Below are positions 46,399 to 52,936 of a DNA stretch of 52,936 nt, piece after piece (positions within the stretch are counted from its first letter, which is position 1; each line of letters starts with the position of its first letter). A model generated the notes under the pieces. It worked only from the letters and a program-made list of their open reading frames with translations, made no database searches and had not been told where the DNA came from. A program made the position numbers and the translations under genes. This stretch comes from Escherichia phage JEP7, in sequence record MT764207.1. The stretch is one strand, 5' to 3'.

Positions 46399-46787
46399 CA
46401 CTTGACCTCAAACTTTGACTCGTCGTATTCCGGATCAGTCACGTCCCGGGTCGCACAATTTTTGATTGCTTCCCAGTAGCGTTGGGCATCATCACCATCG
46501 ACGTAAACCGTCCAGTGGCCATAACCACCTTCAAATCTGTCCCAGGCTTGTTCCCAGACTTTGCCATCTTCCAGCTTGTACCAAGTTGGACGACTGTCAA
46601 ACTCACGAATTGGATGGTACCCCATCAAGGGATTCATCAGGTCGATAATGTCTTCCCGACTAATCTCCTGGTTCTCCCACAACACCGTCATGAATTGCTC
46701 AAACTTGAAGGCGTTTGGCAGAACTTTGAGTACTTTACCGTCACAATATACGGTATAGGTGCCATCTTCGCATTTTGCACTGTACAT
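46398..46787 (-). CDS. hypothetical protein
   Basis: 129 aa from ATG 46787 with AGGAGAG RBS; preceded by conserved leader and dyad. Confidence 0.35.
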   Translation of the reverse strand: MYSAKCEDGTYTVYCDGKVLKVLPNAFKFEQFMTVLWENQEISREDIIDLMNPLMGYHPIREFDSRPTWYKLEDGKVWEQAWDRFEGGYGHWTVYVDGDDAQRYWEAIKNCATRDVTDPEYDESKFEVK

Positions 46788-46855
46788 GTTTCTCTCTCCT
46801 ATTGATATAATTTCAATCATGAACTATCACAACTTTGGATAGTTCATTGTTGAAA

Positions 46856-47029
46856 CTATACTAACTTTGTTGCGATCTGAATTGTCAGCCGGAAATCTTC
46901 CATCAAGTTATCAAACTCTTTGGAACCACCAACAGCATCAGATATTTGATCTTTCACAATTTGGGCATTTGATTCCAGTAATTCAATCAGGTGCGCCAAT
47001 TCGTCTTCAGTCAATTTCAAATCTTTCAT
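46856..47029 (-). CDS. small acidic helical protein, paralog family member A
   Basis: 57 aa from ATG 47029; N-terminus MKDLKLTEDELAHLIELLE similar to the products of 47289-47447 and 48144-48317. Confidence 0.35.
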   Translation of the reverse strand: MKDLKLTEDELAHLIELLESNAQIVKDQISDAVGGSKEFDNLMEDFRLTIQIATKLV

Positions 47030-47283
47030 AATGCATCCACCCAAGCCATAACTTTTGCCAGTCTTACAACGTCTTCATGGTCCCGCTCGCCATCAGAAAA
47101 TTCGCTGGCGATGATATCCATAATTGACGCCAGATTCATGTTGATGATGTAGGCGTGTTGGCGCACTTCATCAATTCCTGAATCTATCACCAGTTCCGCA
47201 AATTCTTGTGAACCTTCATCCCATTCAGCCCAATACTGCTCAGCATAAAAGTCCAGTTCTTTTTTCATCTCAATATCAGTCAT
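47026..47283 (-). CDS. highly acidic small protein
   Basis: 85 aa, many D/E and aromatic residues; AGGAG RBS. Confidence 0.35.
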   Translation of the reverse strand: MTDIEMKKELDFYAEQYWAEWDEGSQEFAELVIDSGIDEVRQHAYIINMNLASIMDIIASEFSDGERDHEDVVRLAKVMAWVDAL

Positions 47284-47288
47284 TTTGA

Positions 47289-47447
47289 TTACTCCTCAGA
47301 ACCTGAAAATTTGTCATCAATGGACTCAACAATATAATCAAGAGTTGAAGTGTGAGAACTATCAGAAAAAGTGCCCATCTTCTCCAGCTCAATCATCATA
47401 TCCCGTAAAGCCATTGCCTGGTCTTTGGTCAGTTTAATTTTAAGCAT
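47289..47447 (-). CDS. small acidic helical protein, paralog family member B
   Basis: 52 aa from ATG 47447 with CAGGAGAG RBS; MLKIKLTKDQAMALRDMMIELE. Confidence 0.35.
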   Translation of the reverse strand: MLKIKLTKDQAMALRDMMIELEKMGTFSDSSHTSTLDYIVESIDDKFSGSEE

Positions 47448-47511
47448 GTTTCTCTCCTGTTGATTGTGAATAATTTCAATTGATGGCACTACTTGAGTGC
47501 CATCTCAAAAA

Positions 47512-48048
47512 TTACTCTTCAGTTTCTTGGGTTTCAGGTTTTTGACCAGTTACTGACTTGCCATCAGTCACTTTACCAGATTTTACATCATTCCGGTAGT
47601 ATGACATATATGACTGGATAACTCTTTTGGCTTTGATGTCATCCGCCTCCATCCCACAGGCTTTCATGGCATCAACTAGGGCCAGTTTGGAATCTTCCTT
47701 ATCCATCAGGTTATAATCCTTAAACACCAGATAACAAGTGTCCTTGGTTGATGGACCAGATGACTTCCGGGTCCCGCCATTGGAAGATCTTGATGCCACA
47801 ACTTTGACCTCTTCAACTTCCAGTTGGTTCAGTTCATCAAACAATGCCTTGACCAACACTTCTTTGGAGTCCTTGACAGTTGCAGAACTTTCATCATTAA
47901 GGGACTTAATCATCTTAATGATCTGGTTATTGGCAAAGTACTGAAGACTATCCATCTGCACTACAATAGTCCCAAGACTTTCAGTAGTCAGACCAGATTT
48001 TACAGACTCAACAGAAAAGGCGGAAGTCAGGTAAACATAGTTAGTCAT
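47512..48048 (-). CDS. hypothetical protein
   Basis: 178 aa from ATG 48048 with GAGGA RBS; Ser/Lys/Glu-rich. Confidence 0.35.
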   Translation of the reverse strand: MTNYVYLTSAFSVESVKSGLTTESLGTIVVQMDSLQYFANNQIIKMIKSLNDESSATVKDSKEVLVKALFDELNQLEVEEVKVVASRSSNGGTRKSSGPSTKDTCYLVFKDYNLMDKEDSKLALVDAMKACGMEADDIKAKRVIQSYMSYYRNDVKSGKVTDGKSVTGQKPETQETEE

Positions 48049-48143
48049 TGATGTATCCTCATTGATAGAATTTTTGATAAGTGTCAATCCTTGACAAGTA
48101 AGTCCAATCATGAGGACTTTTACCAAGTCCCCATTGTTGGAAA

Positions 48144-48317
48144 TTACTTCAACTTATCCAGAATTGATTGGAGTAACTTGACCCTCACTTCCTGGTCTTT
48201 GACATCCCTTCCACTCTCCCTGTCATATTCCAACAGGTCACTTTCCATAAATAAAGTAGTGTCCAATTGGTCAACCAATAATTCCAGTTCTTCTTGGGAC
48301 AATTCTAAAACTTTCAT
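48144..48317 (-). CDS. small acidic helical protein, paralog family member C
   Basis: 57 aa from ATG 48317 with AGGAGT RBS; MKVLELSQEELELLVDQLD. Confidence 0.35.
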   Translation of the reverse strand: MKVLELSQEELELLVDQLDTTLFMESDLLEYDRESGRDVKDQEVRVKLLQSILDKLK

Positions 48318-48321
48318 CTTA

Positions 48322-48468
48322 TTACTCCTGATATTTAATAACTTGGGATTGGATAAAGTCAACACAATCTTCCACATCCATTGACTCAAAGTCTGGAACT
48401 GGACCATTGTTTATATTGACACACCAAAGCCCTTCATTGGTATCATACCAAAGTGTGTAGTTGTCCAT
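48322..48468 (-). CDS. hypothetical small protein
   Basis: 48 aa from ATG 48468 with GAGGTGA RBS; first gene of leftward early block. Confidence 0.3.
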   Translation of the reverse strand: MDNYTLWYDTNEGLWCVNINNGPVPDFESMDVEDCVDFIQSQVIKYQE

Positions 48469-48834
48469 CTTAATAGTCACCTCTTGTACTAGTTTCCAGT
48501 TGTGACTACTGTTACCAATAGTCACTGGTTGAAACTATTACTAGTGTTACTATCAACAAGAAACATGTTACCAGATTGTTAAAGAGCAAAAGGTACCATT
48601 GACATCTACCAGATGTACCTGTTGACTGGTTAAGTACTACCTACCCAAATTAAACCATACTAATACCCTCCAGACCAGTTGACTGGTCACTTGGTCATCA
48701 CATTCAATAAATATATAATAGTCCAATCCCTCTTGATTGTACACCTTATATTTGTAAGTTTATGCAAGTTTTTAGAAATGATAATCACTTGCGATTGAGA
48801 GTGGTTCTCATATGCAATTGATATAGTTTCACAT

Positions 48835-48914
48835 GTAATTACTCACTTCAAAATGGTCGGCGGGGGTTATAGTAACGTAGGGGTGCCACTTAAAGGAGCC
48901 GGCGAAATTATTTC
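48835..48914. repeat. GC-rich direct repeat, copy 1
   Basis: TAATTACTCACTTCAAAATGG-TCGGCGGGGGT...GGGTGCCAC...AGGAGCCGGCGAAATT; imperfect copy of 49010-49090. Confidence 0.5.
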
Positions 48915-49009
48915 TAAAAATATAATTTCAATCTGAATTATAGACGCTTTGTACTATAACGGCCGAAGTAGTTCACCCGGTAATTGTACCAATCATAATA
49001 GTTACCAGA

Positions 49010-49090
49010 GTAATCATTTCAATCGAAATAGGTGCGGCGGGGGTAATTTCGCAAGGGTGCTACCCGCCAGGAGCCAGCGGAATTTTTTTA
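49010..49090. repeat. GC-rich direct repeat, copy 2
   Basis: TAATCATTTCAATCGAAATAGG-TGCGGCGGGGGT...GGGTGCTAC...AGGAGCCAGCGGAATT followed by a T-run. Confidence 0.5.
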
Positions 49091-49319
49091 TTTTTTGGTA
49101 TTTTTGCCTTATCAGGACCAATCATCATCAGATTGATACAATAGGAGCTAACCTTTTGCCTAACACAATAATAAGTGAAGCCCCTCTAAAATTTTTTTTT
49201 ATATTTTTCGGAAATTGTGTAGACACTCACTAAAAAGTGGTGTACTTTCTCTCCTCCACGCGCTATCATTAATGTGAATCATCAAACGGCCTCACGGTCT
49301 CCTACTTGTGGGTAACATT

Positions 49320-49805
49320 ATGAAAATTGTTCAATTAGAGCCATATCCGCCTCAATTGGCTATCGTTTGCAGCGAAAAAGAGCACGAAGAGCTCCAAAAA
49401 CTGATGGATTTGCCTGATTTTGGCAACTGGAATGACCGAGAAACGCGTACTGCATCTACCTTTACGTTCTCTCGCGTTAACTATCCGTACCTGTTAATCG
49501 TCGTCGAGCTGTACCACCCGGACGACCTGAAGTACAACACCATTTCCCACGAAGGCATTCACGTAATGTCGTCGCTGATGAACTATGTCGGCCTTAAATA
49601 CGACCCAGAAAACGATGAATGGTACGCATATCAGCATGATTTCATCGTAAATGCCATTTGTAAGGCCCATGACGAGTACATTGAGCGCCAAAAAACGCCA
49701 AAAACTAAGCCAAAAATCGAAACAGGCAACCATCCTGTGATACTGCCACAAGACGTTATGAACTCGCTTTTGACTGACACTACTGGGGACTTTTTAGGTG
49801 ATTGA
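49320..49805 (+). CDS. HExxH-motif protein (putative zinc metallopeptidase-like)
   Basis: about 161 aa from ATG 49320 (track starts at a GTG at 49308); HEGIH motif (NTISHEGIHVMSSLM). Confidence 0.3.
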   Translation: MKIVQLEPYPPQLAIVCSEKEHEELQKLMDLPDFGNWNDRETRTASTFTFSRVNYPYLLIVVELYHPDDLKYNTISHEGIHVMSSLMNYVGLKYDPENDEWYAYQHDFIVNAICKAHDEYIERQKTPKTKPKIETGNHPVILPQDVMNSLLTDTTGDFLGD

Positions 49806-50307
49806 AATACTCCGTAAGTATTTTCGCTATGAGCCAGACACAGGCTTATTGTACAGAATACGACAGGCTAAAACAGGTAAACGAGTCGATTTGAGCCAGC
49901 CTGTAGGCACGGAACATAGCGGTTATCTGTTTTGCAGTGTACCAGAAGGCATTCGTACAAAGCCTGTGCACGTAATCTGCTATGCTTTACAAACTGGCGA
50001 ACTACCTGAAGTAGTTGACCATAAAGATGGTAACGGGCTTAACAACAAATGGTACAACCTTCGTAACGGTACTCAAACGCAGAACCGGTATAACTCAAAA
50101 GTCAAATCAAGTAACACAACAGGCGTAAAAGGCTTGTTTGAGTACGCACCAAAAGGTCGTAAACCTCTTTGGAAAGCCAGCATTAAAGTAGATGGAGTCA
50201 ATCATCAGAAGTATTTCCCTTATACTGATAACGGTAGGCTGGAAGCTATTGAGTGGCTTGACGAACAAAGACATCAACATGGCGAATTCGCCAACAAAGG
50301 AAATTAA
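49798..50307 (+). CDS. HNH homing endonuclease with AP2-like DNA-binding domain
   Basis: 169 aa; HNH core VVDHKDGNGLNNKWYNLRNGTQTQN; C-terminal GVKGLFEYAPKGRKPLWKASIKVDGVNHQKYFPYTDNGRLEAIEW resembles AP2 domain. Confidence 0.75.
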   Translation: MIEILRKYFRYEPDTGLLYRIRQAKTGKRVDLSQPVGTEHSGYLFCSVPEGIRTKPVHVICYALQTGELPEVVDHKDGNGLNNKWYNLRNGTQTQNRYNSKVKSSNTTGVKGLFEYAPKGRKPLWKASIKVDGVNHQKYFPYTDNGRLEAIEWLDEQRHQHGEFANKGN

Positions 50308-50308
50308 T

Positions 50309-50983
50309 GTGATAAACCTAATCTTCGCAATGGGCCAAAATGGGGAATTCGGGTTATCTCCGGAGTTTATGAAGCATCAGGTTGACTCGTGCAAGACCAT
50401 GGAAGAGGTTCGTGCGCTTCCTAAGTCTGGTCTGCCCTGGAAATGTCCGTCAGACATGCTCTTTTTCAGGACTATGACTAATTCAGTTGCGACAGAACCA
50501 GGCTATAATGCGTATCAGCAACTACGTGGACAGTTCCCAAGTGACCAGTTGCGAAACATGATAGCAGATGTAACGGTAAAAATGGTCGGACATAGTGTAC
50601 TGTTAGCCGGTCGTAACACGTATATGACTATGAGTCTGCCTATGTCAGCCCACAGAATACTGCTGCCGGTATCTCGCCAGATTATGGCTTCAGAAGGCTA
50701 CAATAATTTGGGTGAGATGGCAGCAGACCTTGAATCCAGAGGTACTGACGTCTGGATTGTAGGCGGTGCCGAGTTGATACTTTCGGCCCTTGAAGAGCAT
50801 GCAAAAGACTTACTCCGTATCGACAACATGTTTATCAGTACGATCAAGCAATCAGGTCCAAGTGATATTTTAATGGATCGTAGCAAATTAATGATGTACA
50901 TTGATAGCGACTTCACTTATAATGATGAATATGTTGATAACAAACAAGTTCTGATACAACGGTACAGGAGTTTACACGAATGA
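50309..50983 (+). CDS. dihydrofolate reductase
   Basis: GTG 50309 with AAAGGA RBS (in-frame ATG also at 50279); DHFR-like order of motifs: INLIFAMGQNGEFG, LPW, DMLFF, VLLAGRNTY, VWIVGGAELI. Confidence 0.75.
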   Translation: MINLIFAMGQNGEFGLSPEFMKHQVDSCKTMEEVRALPKSGLPWKCPSDMLFFRTMTNSVATEPGYNAYQQLRGQFPSDQLRNMIADVTVKMVGHSVLLAGRNTYMTMSLPMSAHRILLPVSRQIMASEGYNNLGEMAADLESRGTDVWIVGGAELILSALEEHAKDLLRIDNMFISTIKQSGPSDILMDRSKLMMYIDSDFTYNDEYVDNKQVLIQRYRSLHE

Positions 50984-51486
50984 ACATCATAATCGAGGGT
51001 CCCGATAATGCTGGTAAAAGTACACTTATTGAGTTCCTTAAATCTCATACTGGCCGCAATGTTATTCATAATACTGTTGATAAAGACCCCGAATCGGTCA
51101 TGGCTAAACAGGCCAAAGAAAACGCGTTGGAAGGCAATTGCATTTATGACCGTAGCGCTGTTATATCTGAGTATATCTATTGTCTGGTTCTTCAACGTAC
51201 GCCTGTCATCAATATTAATGTATCACATGTAGCAGATATGTGTGACAACGCCATCGTTATCTTTTGTATGCCGCCTGTTGAAAAGGTACTGGCAACTACA
51301 AAAGACGAAATGCCTGGTGTTGTGGAAAATCTTGAGGCGTTATACAATCAGTATGACAACCTCATTGACGAGCTGGTTATGATGAGTAAGCAGTTCTTCA
51401 TTTACGACTGGACTGTTGAAGAAGACGGTCCTGAAGCAGTTCTCGAATACATCAACGAACGTATTAATAAGGAGTGGAACAAATGA
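50980..51486 (+). CDS. P-loop deoxynucleoside monophosphate kinase (thymidylate-kinase-like)
   Basis: 168 aa; N-terminal Walker A IIIEGPDNAGKST; CAGGAG RBS; adjacent to DHFR. Confidence 0.55.
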   Translation: MNIIIEGPDNAGKSTLIEFLKSHTGRNVIHNTVDKDPESVMAKQAKENALEGNCIYDRSAVISEYIYCLVLQRTPVININVSHVADMCDNAIVIFCMPPVEKVLATTKDEMPGVVENLEALYNQYDNLIDELVMMSKQFFIYDWTVEEDGPEAVLEYINERINKEWNK

Positions 51487-52175
51487 GCCCAGTATACAAT
51501 AGCACAGTCACGCTGTCAGCAACCGTAGGAGACGTCAACAAGACTGTTACTGTGGGTTCAACTAACCCGAACCTGTCAGGTGACGACCTGCTGCGCCTGG
51601 CCAAACGTGCTCTTGAAGATAACGAAGTGACTGGTACTGAAGGCGTCAGCATTGAAATTAACGTCGAAGGATGTCCACACAGCATCAGTATTGCGACTTC
51701 TGGCGATGAAATTGAAAAGTTCAACGATGAGCTGGAATATCGTACTGGTGAGATGTTCAGCAGTGCTCTAAACTGGTACTTGTGCAAGGCCTCAAACTAC
51801 GCTGGCGCTCCTATGTCAGACCGTATGTTAGCTGATATGTCAGCTCGCGAAATTGCTAAAGGCTGGGCGCATGTACAGATGCTGCAGGAGCATATCTGCA
51901 AGCTGGAAAGCTGCAATAAAGATGCGTCTGAGCTTATCACTGCCTATAAACGGCAGATTACCGACCTGCAGCAACTGATGGGCAAGCGTGCTGAAGAATA
52001 TGAGGCTGAGATTCGTAGCCTTAACGGTACAGCTGTTGCTAATAACCGTGCTTTCAGCGAAGAGCGTAAAGCGCTTATTGCCCAGCGTGACGCTGAAAAA
52101 CGTCGTGCAGACGACCTGGCAGATCGTCTCAACTTTATCCGTAAGCATATGGATGCTATGGAAGGGGTAATCTGA
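51483..52175 (+). CDS. hypothetical protein
   Basis: 230 aa from ATG 51483 (overlaps kinase stop, GGAGTGG RBS); C-terminal coiled coil. Confidence 0.3.
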   Translation: MSPVYNSTVTLSATVGDVNKTVTVGSTNPNLSGDDLLRLAKRALEDNEVTGTEGVSIEINVEGCPHSISIATSGDEIEKFNDELEYRTGEMFSSALNWYLCKASNYAGAPMSDRMLADMSAREIAKGWAHVQMLQEHICKLESCNKDASELITAYKRQITDLQQLMGKRAEEYEAEIRSLNGTAVANNRAFSEERKALIAQRDAEKRRADDLADRLNFIRKHMDAMEGVI

Positions 52176-52465
52176 TGGACTTGTTCGATATGGTCGAACA
52201 TCCTGAAGTAAACGGCTTAGCCTCCGCCAAGCCGTTTAGCTGGGATGAGTTCGTAGCAGGCAAACCTGCTGTAACCCACAACGGGCAGATTGCATATTAC
52301 GGAGGCCATAGCGAACATCCGATGTGCACTCACCTGTACAACGCTATAACAACCATAACCGATGAAAACGTTATTAAATACGGAAAAGAGGTAATGCCTT
52401 TTCTTGTAGATGAGCGCGGTTACTTCGAAGGTAAATGGTTCCCGTTTCTGGTAGAAATGGCCTAA
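52175..52465 (+). CDS. hypothetical protein
   Basis: 96 aa; ATG overlaps upstream stop. Confidence 0.3.
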   Translation: MDLFDMVEHPEVNGLASAKPFSWDEFVAGKPAVTHNGQIAYYGGHSEHPMCTHLYNAITTITDENVIKYGKEVMPFLVDERGYFEGKWFPFLVEMA

Positions 52466-52581
52466 AAACCGGATAAATATAAAGGCGTCTAAGCTAGTTC
52501 TTCATCTATATAAGCTACTTATTCGCCTTTCTACTGTAGACTTTCTCATCATCTCTCTAGACACTTCATTTTTATATTCTG

Positions 52582-52610
52582 TTTACTTACTTCGCGTAAC
52601 TCGTTATAAT
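52582..52610 (+). promoter_or_regulatory. sigma70-like promoter (TTTACT-N17-TATAAT)
   Basis: -35 52582-52587, -10 52605-52610, upstream of 52643 gene. Confidence 0.5.
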
Positions 52611-52642
52611 CCCGACTATCCGGATTAACGAGGACGACACCC

Positions 52643-52933
52643 ATGGCAAAACCGAAAAAAACCCGTGAGGCAACAGAAGAACTGTTGGCCACGATGCGAC
52701 GTATCCAGCTGGACCCGTTGGAAGTTATGCAACGGGCTATCATACTTGCTGAACGTGAAGACGACTACAAAGCAATGATGGATGGTGCACTGGGCGTTAT
52801 GCCGTACATGTATCCTAAGCTGAAAGAATCCGTTGTCAAAGCAGACATCGACCAGAACCTGTCTGGTAATGGTGTCAACCTGAACATTACAATAGGCGAC
52901 CAGAAAGTGGTAGATACTACTGGGGAAGAGTAA
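52643..52933 (+). CDS. terminase small subunit (putative)
   Basis: 96 aa with basic N-terminus (MAKPKKTREATEE); last gene of window, so directly upstream of terL if the genome is circularly permuted; GAGGA RBS. Confidence 0.4.
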   Translation: MAKPKKTREATEELLATMRRIQLDPLEVMQRAIILAEREDDYKAMMDGALGVMPYMYPKLKESVVKADIDQNLSGNGVNLNITIGDQKVVDTTGEE

Positions 52934-52936
52934 TAA

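Noticed and set aside
47475-47505. TGGCAC...GTGC sequence considered as a sigma54 (-24/-12) promoter
   Set aside because: Spacing between GG and GC is 14 rather than 12 and the element is a perfect dyad (GATGGCAC-N7-GTGCCATC); interpreted as a hairpin or operator.
48835-49090. GC-rich islands about 80 bp long in an AT-rich region considered as a pair of tRNA genes
   Set aside because: Neither copy has complementary 5' and 3' ends for an acceptor stem or a T-loop consensus on either strand; reported as direct repeats instead.
1-52936. Search for lysogeny functions (integrase, repressor, excisionase, attP) and for CRISPR arrays
   Set aside because: No tyrosine or serine recombinase motifs, repressor-like HTH genes or repeat-spacer arrays were seen; the genome appears strictly lytic.

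Overview
This 52.9-kb window reads as a near-complete genome of a virulent tailed dsDNA phage, opening at the large terminase gene and closing with a probable small terminase gene. Coordinates 1-26000 on the + strand carry the morphogenesis and lysis genes: terminase, portal, scaffold, major capsid, neck proteins, a 985-aa Trp/Tyr-rich protein, two Ig-like (BIG2) repeat proteins, a contractile-tail-like module (sheath- and tube-sized genes, a chaperone with a -1 frameshift, tape measure, Mu/P2-like baseplate, tail fibre, two fibre-assembly paralogs), then holin, signal-anchored lysozyme and nested spanins. Coordinates 26001-41541 on the - strand carry DNA metabolism genes: family-A DNA polymerase, a thymidylate-synthase-fold enzyme, MazG-like pyrophosphatase, SF2 helicase, PD-(D/E)XK exonuclease, dCMP deaminase and a RecA-like ATPase. 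Coordinates 41611-44452 (+) encode a primase-helicase, followed by an AT-rich iteron/microsatellite region, a - strand block of small early genes (45364-48468), a repeat-dense divergent control region (48526-49307), and + strand genes for an HExxH protein, an HNH-AP2 homing endonuclease, dihydrofolate reductase and a P-loop dNMP kinase. No integrase, repressor, CRISPR array or convincing tRNA was found. The most interesting candidate is a possible cytosine C5-modification pathway: the thymidylate-synthase homolog has Asp where true thymidylate synthases have the uracil-specifying Asn. Other notable signals are a 570-nt structured non-coding stretch, two promoter classes, paired GC-rich direct repeats, a family of small acidic paralogs and two small ORFs missing from the track. 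All functional calls are from motifs, synteny and by-eye alignment; no database search was run.
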